Shown: positions 17,601 through 30,414, numbered from the whole stretch's first letter. The stretch is DNA of 63,907 nucleotides, filler included, from Craspedostauros australis (GCA_030167865.1; 11 parts of 11 records of this genome joined end to end with filler, not necessarily neighbours in it), one strand, 5' to 3'. A program made the numbers and translations. Notes: a model not told the origin generated them from the letters alone.

Positions 17601-20600
17601 GATTTCATCGTCGAGTCGATGATCGGAATGGAAGAACATTCGTACCTCGTGACTTCCTGGCCAACGCTCCTGCGCGCGATCGGCAACAGCGAGAACCTGA
17701 CACACGGCCGGCAGCCCAGCCGCGATGATATTGCGAAACAACGAGTGCTGTTGCGGATGTTGTCGACGTCATCGCGGTTGTCATGCGGCGAGGATGAGAC
17801 GGTTCGAAACAGAGTGAATGGCATCCATCCGGCATCACGGGACGCGGCGGAGAAGCAGAAACAAGGCAGATCGAAAAAGAAGGCCAAGAAGACAGGATCA
17901 GGGTCGGGCCAGGGAGGTGACGAGGACCCCGCGGAGGCGCTTTCTCAGGCCTTGCTAGCCTCTCTTCCAGACCTGCTGGTCACCTTCACGGGGGATGTGG
18001 TGGCCTTGCGAACTTTGACGGAGATCCCCCGATACTTGATACCCAGCATTTACGCTGCAACAGTGCACAAGGTTGAATTCCTTGCTCTTGTGAAGGCCAT
18101 GTGCACCCTCTTCGCCGAATCTACCGACGAAGCCGTCCTCGAGAATGTGGCTCTGGCGCTGTCGATGTTCGCCCAGGGATCACATGAGCGTTCCTCCGAT
18201 GTGACCGTCCACCTACGCGGACTTTCGGCCACCTTGCAACAGCGCCTCATGCGACTCGTTGGTGACGCTGATCCGAAGCAAGGCAAAACCACGGATATTG
18301 CCAACAACGACGATGGTGGAACGCAGATATCCACGGCCACTTCCCGATCATCCAAGAAGCGGCGCGGTCGCCATAGCGGTAGCTCTCCGACGCGAAAGCG
18401 ACGTCGGCGGACAAGACAATCCCTGGCATCGGCAAGCGATAGTGAGAGCGCAGGTGCTACCTCCGCAACACTGACCACCTTTGACGACGGCAGCAACATT
18501 GATGATCATGGTGATGATGGCCAACCAACCTTGGCTGACAAAGAAAACTCCGTCCAACTGTGCCTTCTTCGGGTGTTCATATTCACCAAGAACTGCCCTC
18601 TACACGAGGTGTTCGCGCCGACTGGTGATGCTGATGTTACGGCGGAGGAAATGCTATTCAACAAAGTCTACGCTGCGATTGCGAAGCGGCTTGAACAACG
18701 GCAACCGATCCTCCGCAGAGCCGGGGACGATCGCACCGACGAAGCCTCGTTGGCCCAGAGCACCAGGGCATCGACGATCGCCACCGGGGACATGGTCGGC
18801 GTTGAGAATCCAATCTGGAAGTCAGAGGAGTACCTGGAAGTCCATGGAATGGTCGCCCAATCGATTGGAAATGGATTGCGCGTCCTTTTGAACATCCTGG
18901 CGTGGACATTCCGCGAAATGTTTCCGAACTACGGAAAGAAGATCGAAGCCGACAAGCAATCGGCGCGTGCGAATAGAGGTGGGAGCAAGGAGAATGCAAA
19001 TGAAGGATCAACGAATGAGGGCAAAGATGCCGAAGCAACCGATCAGACCGCAACTGGCGGGAAGAGCGGCAAAGATGCGGGCACGCAAGATCAAGTTGAC
19101 GAAGAGCACGACAATTCTGCAGCAGATTCGGTGGTTCGCATTCGTGACAAGCTCATCATGCTGCTTTGCATGTCCTTCGATCAGTGCGTGGATGGGTTGG
19201 ACGAAGCAACACGGACGGAAGAACATAGCGCGTACTTGCTCGAGGTCGTCCATCACACGCGAAGCGTAGCATGCGACCTGCGCTGTCTGTTCCCGAAGGA
19301 ATGGTTCGAATTCGGCAAGAGCAAGCTGCTGCAGGCGCTTGCAATTGTCGATGACTCGCGTCTGGCTGCGGGCGTGATGGGCACCATGCGACTCAACGAT
19401 GCCATGTTCGAGGAAGTTGGCAAATCCAAGATGAATAGCAAGCAAGATGATCGAAAGGCGTTTGGGGCGCTGGCTCCCGTCGCCAGAAACCTTGCCGTCA
19501 ACTGGACTTCGGTGACGCGACGAGAAGCTGGGGGCATCCTGAAGTACCTCACAAGTAACGGGCACGTCGCGCATCAGGTGGCACATTCGGTTGCCCGAGT
19601 GATGAAGAAGAATGACGTGGTGCGATTCTTGGAGACGCAGATGGCGAGCCTGCGATTGGGATTCGATCGATGGTTGGACAGCGAGCCCGACGGCGTGACA
19701 AGCGGTGTTCCCACCGACGAGGAGGTCGAACAGTATGAAGCAGACATCAAGGAACACACTGAGATGGTGAGACATTGCTTTCGCAGCTGCATCGGAGTAT
19801 GATGGCCTCGCGCATCCACGTTTGTCGGTCTGACTTGACTTGTATGTTGTCCGTATCTGTACGAGGATGGTATCATCTCATCTGTTTCCCCATCCGACTC
19901 ACAACCATGCCCATTCACCGACCGCGTGCCCTGCCACGCTATTCCGTGATACATTGCATTCTACTGCACTGGACTGTACTGGACTATTATATCGCACTAC
20001 GATTTTGTCCGACCATCACAGTTCCATGCTCTCGAACTCCAGGCATCCAAGCTATCCTCCATGTTGGGTGTGGGAAAGCTCTCACCCAAAATCTCGCAGG
20101 GCCTGCTTGGTTTTGCGCACGAGGGAATTCGCTTTGCATTCCACGGAGCGAAAGGAAGGGACGATGATTTGATCATCGGAAGCCGCCTGCCGTTCCTCCG
20201 TTTGGTCGGCAAGTATAGCGCTTGGATCAAGAAGGACAGGGAAGGTTTGAGCACAATCAAGCGGTATCTCATTGAGAATGAGGAGGCCATGGAACGGGAC
20301 GAAGAATTCGATCAGGTCCACCCTGACGATTTGAAGGCGCTGGCGGCTTTCCGGGCATCCCTTGGAATGAAAGGCAAAGGAATCGCAGCGATTGTCTCCA
20401 AAAATGTCCGTGGCAACGACGATGATCACAGTGAGCCTGCGGAGACCAAGGATGATGCGAAAGACGATCCCAGCGAAGTCGGAGATGATGGGGACAAGGG
20501 TGGCCTTGAAAGCGATGCGGAATCCAGATCTGCTGGAAGCTCCGCCAAGCGTGCAAGACGCCAAACACGAACCCCTCAGCACCGCCCACCAAGATCGTCC

Positions 20601-20795
20601 ACCATGTCAACACAAAGCTCCTTGTCGCCACTGGAAGAGATTACCGCAGAAGCCGATGAGACGAAGACTCGAACAACATCGCTTTCGATTGATGGTCGAA
20701 GTGGGATGGATGATGTCGGAGGACCCAAGAGCGCGAAGGAACTACCAGGAGTTGGCGACGATGAGAGCACGATGATGGATGTTGACGAGCGATAG
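14674..20795 (+). CDS. SCC3: Cohesin subunit SA/Scc3 (stromalin/STAG)-like protein; exons 14674-14798, 15158-17332, 17540-19766, 20022-20795 (~1766 aa)
   Basis: Stromalin conserved-domain motif FMHRYRDSNPHIRAYC...DKYLKYFGWMCSD...VRVAALRGI. Three GT-AG introns join the ORFs in frame (total 5301 nt, divisible by 3). Confidence 0.8.
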
Positions 20796-21156
20796 CGTCA
20801 TGTCCAACAAAGATCATCTAATGCCGACAGACGACAACGAAGGCAGAACGTGGGGCTTCGTTTTGCATGCACATGGCAGGTCCGGTGGAGACAGAACTGG
20901 ACAGGACAGCCATGAAGCAGCATCCGAAGCCTGGGGAAAGGTGGATCACATCATATGATGATGTACTGGCAATAGTATTAGAGTTTGATCGTAGTCGTAC
21001 CGAATCGTCGCATTCCAGTTTGGATGATTTTGCTTCATTGCCTTGTGGTGACGAAAGTAGAAAGTGCTTGGTCCTACTCTCCCACCCTCCACATCGAGGG
21101 ACGCAGTACCCACATACCAAGCACAGGATTATATAATACCACGCAGTGCTATTATC

Positions 21157-23571
21157 CTACTCCTGCTTGAGCATGTCCTTGATCCTCTGTTGACGTTTCT
21201 TCTCAATCTCGAGCATTTCGAAGGTGATCTCCTCATCCTGGAAGAACAGCGACTTGTAGATCTCACCCGGATCTTCCTCCGTAGCAAGGTTGTCCTTCAG
21301 AGTATTTACGTACTGCCGGACGAACTGGGCGAAGAGCCCACCGGTCTCCACGTTGGGGTTCAGCGACTCTGACCGCAGAGCCTGGTCGTTCGCTGCGAAC
21401 GTCGTGTTGCTGAATCGGACAGTGCGGAAGGTGCTATCGAGCATCTCCTTCGCCACGCCATGCGCTTCCAGGTGCTTTATATCCTCAGGATCGACGTACT
21501 GCTCCCAATTCTTCAGGTTGTCCAACAGCTCCTCCTCTGACCTGGCTTGGCGCACCTCGCGTTCGATCTTCGTCAAATCCTTGACAGCGCTGATGATGAC
21601 GGTGTCCAATCCCAGACCATCCACGCGGCGCTTGGGGAAGGCCTCGAGGACTGCCTCCATCTCGCCACCTTCGTCGAAACCGACGTATGCATGCCCTGTG
21701 CGATGGCCGCTCTCACATGTGACAAACTCAACAGACCCTTCGACGTCGCGGGGGAACCTGCAGAAGGGTTGAAAGAAGGCGGCGATGTCCTTCTTGGTCA
21801 CTGAGGGATCCAAGTTTATGAGGTGGACGGTGTCGTAGTGAGAGATGTAAAACTTGCGTGTCGGCATGTCCAGGCCATCCACAATGAGACGCTCCGATGG
21901 CACTCGCAATCTCTTCTCGTTCGCCGCTCCACCGTGCCTGCCTGTGTACTTGAGGTTTCGTCGCGCCTTCATAAATCGCACTGGATGGCGGCCAAGCTCA
22001 ACGAGCCTGTCCTGCAGCTCAGTCGATGCCAGCGTTGCCTCCAGCAAGTCGGGGGACTTCAATCGAACGATGGCGCTGTTGGGCGTTTTCATCACAACGT
22101 CGCTGTTCGTGATGTCGCCGTAGACATTCATCATGGCATCGTCGGCAGGGAACAAGGTTCGGGCAACCAGACTGGCTGTCGATCCCATGACCAGGTTGTC
22201 GACGACGACGATGGAATCCTCCACGCCGTTGCAAAATGCAGCATCCCTCTCCGTTGGCTCGTACTTGGCAATGCGGAGCGGGCTCTCGATGACGCTCTGG
22301 TTTGGACCAACATCCAGAAGGAACATGCGGTCCTCTCGGGTGGTCAGACCGATGAATCCGGATGTAAGATTCGCCGCATGTACCTGCTCGGGTTCCAGTC
22401 CGAAGATATCGGCGATCTGTTCCTGGATGGCGTTGCGATGGAGCGCATTGTCCATGCTACCGGTCTCACCATCAACCACGAGCGGTGGCAAACCTGTGAC
22501 GAAGAGAAAGCGCATGTAAGTCTCCAGAAATTCTTTGGGCGGATCCGATCTGTTCTTTGGCATGCGGGGCCGTGGTTCGCGCTTGCTCTCGGCATGGTTG
22601 ATGGGTTGGCGGACTTCCGCGTACCTTGTGGGATGGAAGACCATGGCTTCGACAGCATTTGTGATGGTCGGTCCGTCGGGATTGAGCGGGGTGATGGTCT
22701 CGAATTCCTTGGAAGGTTGCTTCGGTTGCTGTTCGGTCGCCACCCACTCGGCGATGTCCAGATGCTTGTCATGATTGATGTCGGCATCCTTCTTCGTTCC
22801 ATCTCCTGCAAGTTCGTTAGCCTCGTTGCTCGATTCGAGGCGCTCGGTGAAGTAGTTGTAGACGTCCTCATCCACATCGGCCACCTTGGCGCCCTTATCG
22901 TCGGTTTCTATCGCATCATGCAGCCTTTGCGCCATGGCATTGTCTTCAGACTTGGTGAGGTGGTCGTAGTCCTCCTCCTTCCAGTAGTAGTGCTCAACCT
23001 CCTCGGTGTTTCGCAGCGCTTCGTAATGCTGAAGGAAGCGCTTGACTTCATCTAGGTCCTCGGCATTCAGCTCCTCGATGGGACTTCCTTCCGCAATCGT
23101 CCCAGTCTTGCGACCGCCGCCACCGCCGCCACCTTGGGAACCTGGCATGCCGAACACGCCGCCATCCATCGACAGCATATCGCCATCATCGAAGTCGCCG
23201 TCGCGACCCCAGGCGCCATCATCGGAGCTCCGCGTCCCGTGTCCCTTGGGACGCTTTCCGACAGTGCGGGGGACTCCGGATTGGTGGTTCTTGTTGAGCT
23301 GTCCTCGGGCGGCCGGTTCCAGACGCTCCCGGGCAAAGTTCGACTTCCTCTGGCGGTTTCCATGACGGCCTCGGCTTTGGTTCCTGTTCCCGCGATGGTC
23401 GCCGCCGTAGGAAGAGAAGCATCGATGGTCGGCGGGAAGGCATGAGAGACGATCCGCAGATGAGGATCCTTGGCCTCCGCTGCCGCCCGCGACGACCGCC
23501 GCCCAATTCTGTCTGCCAGCGATCTGTGCTGCCCCGATGGCAGATCTTCTCGCCACGAAGTGTGACCACAT
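21157..23571 (-). CDS. Uncharacterised protein with degenerate RRM-like domains and a probable mitochondrial transit peptide (804 aa)
   Basis: Intronless ORF. The N-terminus is Arg/Ser/Ala-rich and acid-poor, ending near RCFSS. RNP-like segments are LFVTGLP, VHLINLDPSVTKKDIAAFF and GHAYVGFD. Confidence 0.7.
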   Translation of the reverse strand: MWSHFVARRSAIGAAQIAGRQNWAAVVAGGSGGQGSSSADRLSCLPADHRCFSSYGGDHRGNRNQSRGRHGNRQRKSNFARERLEPAARGQLNKNHQSGVPRTVGKRPKGHGTRSSDDGAWGRDGDFDDGDMLSMDGGVFGMPGSQGGGGGGGRKTGTIAEGSPIEELNAEDLDEVKRFLQHYEALRNTEEVEHYYWKEEDYDHLTKSEDNAMAQRLHDAIETDDKGAKVADVDEDVYNYFTERLESSNEANELAGDGTKKDADINHDKHLDIAEWVATEQQPKQPSKEFETITPLNPDGPTITNAVEAMVFHPTRYAEVRQPINHAESKREPRPRMPKNRSDPPKEFLETYMRFLFVTGLPPLVVDGETGSMDNALHRNAIQEQIADIFGLEPEQVHAANLTSGFIGLTTREDRMFLLDVGPNQSVIESPLRIAKYEPTERDAAFCNGVEDSIVVVDNLVMGSTASLVARTLFPADDAMMNVYGDITNSDVVMKTPNSAIVRLKSPDLLEATLASTELQDRLVELGRHPVRFMKARRNLKYTGRHGGAANEKRLRVPSERLIVDGLDMPTRKFYISHYDTVHLINLDPSVTKKDIAAFFQPFCRFPRDVEGSVEFVTCESGHRTGHAYVGFDEGGEMEAVLEAFPKRRVDGLGLDTVIISAVKDLTKIEREVRQARSEEELLDNLKNWEQYVDPEDIKHLEAHGVAKEMLDSTFRTVRFSNTTFAANDQALRSESLNPNVETGGLFAQFVRQYVNTLKDNLATEEDPGEIYKSLFFQDEEITFEMLEIEKKRQQRIKDMLKQE

Positions 23572-24390
23572 CTTGCGTTTGGCACAAGTATTGAAGCACT
23601 GAAGTATTGAAGCACTGAAGCACTGACGCTCCTTCTTTTCTCCTTTTTTGTTGCTGCTGCGGCGTCGTCCAGGACCGTGCAGAGCAGATGAATGAGTTGG
23701 GTGCTTTGCGGTTGTAATTGTCTAGTGCCCCCTGTTGCTCCTGCTCTTGTTCTTGCCCTTGTTCCTGCTCTTGCTCTTGATCTGACCCATCACTTGGGCT
23801 CGTGCTTGTGCCAATACTGATAGTCGTACCAATAGTCGTACCATGCGTGCACCCAACACACCGCAACCACAAGATCGCCATCTCTCTTCCACAGCAGAGA
23901 AGAACACGTCGGATCATGAGGTTGTGATGGCCACAGAATGTTGTCCAGCTATTTGACTCGTCCGATTCTAATCGTCGCATCGCGGGCAACTACAGTGAGT
24001 GTAGCTCTTGTTTCTCAATTGTTGTCTGTCATGTACGATTAAGAGCCCGATCAGTGAGTCGACCTGCACTTTGTTATGGGACTCAACAACATTTTTATAG
24101 TAGATCCAAACCAACCGCATATTCATAATCCTCATATTCTAAAACCAAATACTGGTACAAATTACTTTTCGGTTAGACCTTATTTTAAGTTTTATGGGCG
24201 ATCAAAAGTGTTTTTTAGTCGTATGGGTCGCACCTCATGAAACTCCTGCTTGTTTCTCAGAAAGTTCTTTGATGTTCTCGTTTATTTATCGTAAGGTATT
24301 CAGTCACGGAGACGACGTCGAAGATGTCGTTCGGTTGGTACGCGTTAAATACACGTTAGCATCTGCGACATGATCTCACATTTTGCTCGT

Positions 24391-24488
24391 CACAAAACAC
24401 ATCACACAAAACACATCACACAAAACACATCACACAAAACACATCACACAAAACACATCACACAAAACACATCACACAAAACACATCA
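24391..24488. repeat. Minisatellite (CACAAAACACATCA)7 at a contig end
   Basis: Seven exact 14-bp units running into the N gap. Confidence 0.95.
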
Positions 24489-24532
24489 NNNNNNNNNNNN
24501 NNNNNNNNNNNNNNNNNNNNNNNNNNNNNNNN

Positions 24533-24544
24533 TTAATTAATTAA
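24533..24544. other. Artificial contig-joining linker TTAATTAATTAA (also at 26265, 39458, 40735, 42415, 44367, 46154, 52667, 53844, 62356)
   Basis: Identical 12-mer with stops in all six frames, each embedded between runs of about 44 Ns. Confidence 0.98.
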
Positions 24545-24588
24545 NNNNNNNNNNNNNNNNNNNNNNNNNNNNNNNNNNNNNNNNNNNN

Positions 24589-26220
24589 TTCCGCGGCTGG
24601 GCACCAGCACCGAACATATCCAACAAAGTAGGAACAACGGACGCAGACGGCTTCACAACCATTGGACGGAAGGGAGCAATGCCAAGGACGGCAACACGTC
24701 GAACATCAGAAGCAAAGAGAGTATCTTTCGCTGACAGCAACAGGTACTACATCCTATCGGACAGCAACGATGCGGATGATGAGAACGATGGAGCAGTAAC
24801 CCAACTAATCCATAACAACGACGAAGATCGGAGCGAATCCAATCATGAGGATGACAAGATCACACCATCCGGCGACGAAGCTGACGATGACACAGGCATC
24901 ATTCCTCCAAACACACCAGCCAGGTCTACACATGACACACCATCCAGACCTCCACCGAGCAAACCAAGCAAATGTGACATAGCCAGAAAGGAGAGAATCC
25001 AACGTCACGAATTACGAGGCAGGAAGGGAGAAGCTAATCCCAAGCCAACTACAGGGAAGAGTATTCCCAGAGCTCTGCGTGAGCTCGCAGACTTCAACAA
25101 ACGAGGTCGAAAGGAAGAAGGCTATGAGAGCGATCCATCATCCAATGAGGCGAGTGACGAACTCAGCGACGAGACGATCGATGATTCCAACAACGAAACT
25201 ACAGATGACGAAGAAATCGCAGATGAAGGAGAGATTGAGATCACTCACTATAGTACAACAGGACTGTACGGAATGAATGCAATCATTACCGAATCACCAG
25301 CGATCGACATCGGATTGTCGATGCAGGACGAGAACAAGGAACCAGAGAAGCACATCGAACCTACAACATTCGATGGAGCCTTCAATCACCCAGATCCTAT
25401 CCATCGGAAGGGATATCGAGCAGCCATCAAGACGGAATTCGACTCCATGGATACATGCAAGGTGTACAGCAAGATCAAACGAGATGCCATTCCACGCGGC
25501 CGCAGATGCTGCAAGTGCAAATGGGTCTTCAAGCTGAAACGTGACGGCACACATCGAGCGCGGCTCGTTGCATGTGGCTATTCACAANNNNNNNNNNNNN
25601 NNNNNNNNNNNNNNNNNNNNNNNNNNNNNNNNNNNNNNNNNNNNNNNNNNNNNNNNNNNNNNNNNNNNNNNNNNNNNNNNNNNNNNNNNNNNNNNNNNNN
25701 NNNNNNNNNNNNNNNNNNNNNNNACCTCGACGAGGAGATCTACATGAACTGTCCCAACGGGATGGATCATCAACCAGACGAAGCTCTGACCCTACATAAG
25801 CCAATCTACGGACTTGTACAGAGTGCCAGGCAGTGGTTAAAGATGTTGGTATCGACCCTCAAGAATATCAACTTCGAACAGAGCGCAGCGGACCCGTGCC
25901 TGTTCTACAGGAAGACAAACAAAGGAAGCACAATCGTGGCCATCGACGTGGACGATTGCTTCTGCTGCAGAGACTCCAAGGCACTGGAGACATTCCTGAA
26001 GGACATCCAAGGCAGCAANTTCAAGGTGACAATCGAGCGCGGACTCGGAGATTACCTCAGCTGCAACATCGAACTGAACCATGACAAGACCAGAGCGACA
26101 TTGCGTCAACCATATCTCATCCGACACCTCATCGAAGAGTTCGGAACCAAGGTTGAGAAGATGCAACGCTACGCGACACCGGGAACCCCGGGCCAAATCA
26201 TCGTACGACCATCCGAAGAT
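24589..26220 (+). mobile_element. Ty1/copia (CoDi-type) pol fragment: integrase-RT linker and RT N-terminal half, degenerate
   Basis: KWVFKLKRDGTHRARLVACGYSQ, LDEEIYM, IYGLVQSARQW and DPCLF are present. The catalytic YVDD reads DVDD. Confidence 0.9.
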
Positions 26221-28573
26221 NNNNNNNNNNNNNNNNNNNNNNNNNNNNNNNNNNNNNNNNNNNNTTAATTAATTAANNNNNNNNNNNNNNNNNNNNNNNN
26301 NNNNNNNNNNNNNNNNNNNNATGCTGGCGAGGCGCTCCCAACCAGTAAAGTACGCGTAGAGAATGCAACAAGCAGCTTGTTGCGTCAGCACACGAGTGGA
26401 CGGAGACGGCAGTACGGTGCGGGCATGGTACAGATTGGATGCATGAACACAAGGAAGCACAAACGACCTCGGGTCGTGCAAAATCTGTTTCGCTCCCTGA
26501 TGTGGCGCTGATGATGCGATGTGGATGGTACAACGGGCAATGAATAGAACAAGAAGAGGGGAAGCATAGATCTGGGGACGGTTGTTGGTATTATATCATA
26601 CTTGCTTGGTTTTTGGCATGCTTTCTGGAATCTGAACGGCTGTGATTTGCATCAACACTCGTCCAACACCACGTACCACGCAGTGCGCGATATGACCATG
26701 CAGTCTCTGCCATCAGCATCGCTACAATGCAATCCGCAGATGCGCGTGATGGTCCTTCTCACCACGCTGATTCGAACATATCTGGTCCGGTTCACAAGAG
26801 GGCGAATGTTGCATTCTCACTCACACCATGGCAAGTGGCATTAAGCAACATGCTGTATCATCCAAATAGGGGCTGGAGCAAGACGGCCGTTGGATTCATC
26901 CTCACTTAATGATGAAATTCTAAATGCGATCATACGAAGAACTCGATGATATCTTGCAGCCGCCGTACCGATCCCTGAGGAGAAGATGAATTGTACACAA
27001 GTGTTTTGATGCAGAGGCAAGATGCGATCATGGATGTGTGTCGACGGGCACACAAGAAATTGGAATGTGAGCGTGGATGGATGGATGCGTGCATTGATGG
27101 ATGGATGGATGGATGGATGGATGGAGATGCAGCAACACTTCACGGTGCTTCCATCCATGCAGCCCATGAAAGGTGGCAGACGAGCTCAAACTTTCCATGA
27201 GGCTGCTGGCGGACTCAACCATGAAAGCATCGCTGACGATTGCATGATATAATACACCACTCATCATCTGGTGTTTGTCGGTTGTTCCCCACGCACATCT
27301 GGGTGTTCGGGCGACATCATCCCTTGATCAATGACAACACGAAGTTAGACAACGTCGGCCCAATGCAACATGAGCACATTCAGATTGCGAGGAATGCAGA
27401 GGCATCCGCGAACAGGACCGTGGGATTTGATCAGCATCGAGCAACTCCACCATGGACAGCCACGATGGCGATGCTGAGAGAATTGGCGGACACAAGAACA
27501 GGCCAATGAGCAGGCCAACGTATCGGTGAAATGGCGCCAAGCTCTCCAACAAGGCGCGCGGTCTCTCGAAACACCTCTTCTCTTCATCACGGTCACTCTT
27601 CTCTACACTGACAATGCTGCCTTCGTCCAACCGCTAATGCAGCAGAGAAGCAGGATCGTGGTCTGCGTGAACCAACAAATGGTCGGTCGAATCTCCCAGT
27701 ATTGGATGGGTGTGGAAATATTCTATTCTATGTACCAATGTGGCGCCAAAATAGCGAGACGGTCAACAATTGAGCGCAGCACAAGGTGAGTGGGGATACG
27801 AAGAGAATACAAGCTGCAGTCCATGGCGATTGTGGGAGGGCAAGGTATCGATGGCGGTGGAATCTCAGCATTGAGCAGAGTATCCAAGCGCCGCAGCATG
27901 ACCCCAAAAGCAATAACCACCGTCACGCAAGAACGATTGCCCACGAAATCGTTCGGTTGTTCGTCTCTGTCATGGATGGAGACCGTGGTGGTGGAGCCTC
28001 ATCAAGGAGGTCTGATTTGTGCGACCATGAATCAAAACGTCATTCGTGTTTGGCTTCAGTCGAGTCCCATGAAGGTGAGAAAGGCGGAAAACGCCTCCTT
28101 TTGTGACGGAAGAAAGAGTTTCGGGAAGAAGAGGCAAGGAGAGGAGCAAACGATGATGTTCCACCGGCTTCATGGTCCTGTACCGGTTCTGCCACGGAAG
28201 CACTTTGTGGGCACGAATCAAACCAAAGCAGACCAAAACAGACCAAAGCAAAGCCAAAGAAGACGCAGAAGAAAGGGATCACAACCAAGATTTGTCTCTC
28301 TTCGAAGCACTTGGAGCGCTGTTGGAGAGACGTTGTTGACACCTGGCGTTGCAATCGTCATCATAGACAACAGCATCCATTCGAGGAGGCCATCGTCCCA
28401 TACTCGTACATACATCCTCGTAGATCACGCCTCGTTGGCTGTGGAAGTGGTTCCACGACTGCAAACACGCAAACGAAGCGGTCATCTTCCGAGTCAACAG
28501 AGACATCGGTGAAAGGCTCACCACCAGGCATTCCAGAATCAGTCCATCAACCAGCCAAAAGGCGATCGTGACG

Positions 28574-29911
28574 ATGACCGAGTTGGACTGTGTTGGCAGC
28601 GACGCAGCACACCGAGACGCCGGTTCGCTGGAGTCTGCTCATACGATGACGACGACGACAACGACCATGATGAGAACGTTCTCACATGACGACGACTATG
28701 GCAATCGCAGATGCGATGGGGGCTGCGATTACGATGAGATGGACAGCATCCTGATGAACGACGAGCTGGCTTCCATTGATCATTACGCTGGTGGTGATGA
28801 CGAAGACGAAGACGATGACGCGTATGACGAGAACAGGCCCGGTGATGAGCGCCATCATGGTATGGACAATGACAAGCACGATGATGATGACAACGACGAG
28901 GAAGAGCCATTCTTTCTCAATGGCGACATCCCAAGGCCCAAGCAACAGCGAAAGAGGTGGAAGTGCGCTCGCAACAAGGATGCTGAGGAGGCATCGTTGC
29001 AATCGCCGACGGATCGCCGACGTCAGCGCCGCCGCCAGATGCTCGTGCGCTGCATCATGACGCCAATCATCATGTTCGTTTCCGTGTGGATCGGAGCCGT
29101 CACGCAGCGCATCAAGACACAGCGCATTCCCGATACCGTTTCGCTCTACCAGACCGGGCACGTGTGCGCGGTCGAATACCCGCAGCAACTCATGCAGCAG
29201 CTGGAACGACAGCAGCACCAGGAGATGCCGCTTCATGCCGCCAACACGACGGAGAATCATGTCCTTGGTGGAGGCGTTTCGGGCGGTACGTCGGAGCAGG
29301 CGCTGGAATTTCAGTACGCAACGCCACTGGAACCCATCGCACACCTCAATCTAGATTCTCCGGAACAGGCCAACGCCGCGCAGAACTTGACCGTCGCGCA
29401 TTGCGGAGACTGCGGATATTGCAGCAACCCCCACGACATCAAGATCTACGACGACACCAAGGACACCCTCTTCCAGGACTCCTTGGCGTGCTCCAAACTC
29501 GCCGTCCTGGGCGGCGCCGACGACGTGCGAGACTGCCTGCAAGACCGCATCGGTTTCACGCAAGGCTGCAACGACTGCTGGGTCGACAACATCATGTGCG
29601 ACGTGCGCAACTGTCTCTTCGTCTGCATGTGGCAGGCCATGTTCTCCACCGTCGATGCCGACAAGAACACCAAGAGCGACCGCACGCAGCAGGACCTCAA
29701 CGCCTGCACGCAGTGCGACGAGAAACGCTGCGGGCCCGCCTTCGTGCAGTGCGCCGGTGCCAACCGCCGGCGGTCCGGGATCGTCTCGGAATTCAAGCGC
29801 GACGATCGCGATGAGGTCTGCCATTCCGTGCAGGTCGGCTGGTGGCAGAACGAGGCCGTGCAGCAGTATTATCGGCAGCAGCAAGCCGAGGAAGAAGATG
29901 GATTGGTGTGA
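28574..29911 (+). CDS. Single-pass membrane protein with a Cys-rich C-terminal domain, function unknown (~445 aa)
   Basis: Acidic N-terminus, then basic RRRQRRR followed by a hydrophobic helix (type II anchor). The C-terminal domain is Cys-rich (HCGDCGYCSN...CAGANRRRSGI), with strong GC3 codon bias. First in-frame ATG is at 28574. Confidence 0.8.
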   Translation: MTELDCVGSDAAHRDAGSLESAHTMTTTTTTMMRTFSHDDDYGNRRCDGGCDYDEMDSILMNDELASIDHYAGGDDEDEDDDAYDENRPGDERHHGMDNDKHDDDDNDEEEPFFLNGDIPRPKQQRKRWKCARNKDAEEASLQSPTDRRRQRRRQMLVRCIMTPIIMFVSVWIGAVTQRIKTQRIPDTVSLYQTGHVCAVEYPQQLMQQLERQQHQEMPLHAANTTENHVLGGGVSGGTSEQALEFQYATPLEPIAHLNLDSPEQANAAQNLTVAHCGDCGYCSNPHDIKIYDDTKDTLFQDSLACSKLAVLGGADDVRDCLQDRIGFTQGCNDCWVDNIMCDVRNCLFVCMWQAMFSTVDADKNTKSDRTQQDLNACTQCDEKRCGPAFVQCAGANRRRSGIVSEFKRDDRDEVCHSVQVGWWQNEAVQQYYRQQQAEEEDGLV

Positions 29912-30414
29912 TTTTGAAAGTCATCTTGAAGTGGAGGAGAGCGCAGTGGAGGACACGAGTAGGAATGGAATGGAAGGAATCTGATGTGGATCTCCACATG
30001 TCCACCAGTAATCGTGCCAATAGTCGTACGACTCTCATCTACCAAAACAACCTGATTGCACTGTGTGCATGTCTGTCTGTATGTACTAGGAAGAGCATGT
30101 ATGTACTTGCGACTGCAAATACGTTCAACGACGAGTGTGGAGCAGAGTCGAGCACTCAGAGTAGAGACTCCTTACGTTCGCAGTCTACTCGACTCGTGTA
30201 CCCATAGCTTCAAGATTGCCCGACTGTCCAGCTCCACTGCACAAGTATGCAGTAGACGATCCAACGACGCAGATTCACGCAGACGACAGCTACATGCCAG
30301 ACTCCTGGCTGAGCAAGACCTCTATCTTCTTTTGCGATACACGGTTCTCTACTCGTGCCAGTGTGGTGCACGCTACAAGCACGCTCATTCAGATGCAAAG
30401 TATGGTATCCATCC

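Noticed and set aside
24391..24488. Telomere
   Set aside because: The C/A-rich strand points toward the right contig end, which is the wrong polarity, and the unit is unlike TTAGGG-type diatom telomeres.
26321..28560. Short ORFs and a (GGAT)n microsatellite near 27075-27124
   Set aside because: No recognisable domain or consistent frame; treated as intergenic or heavily decayed sequence.
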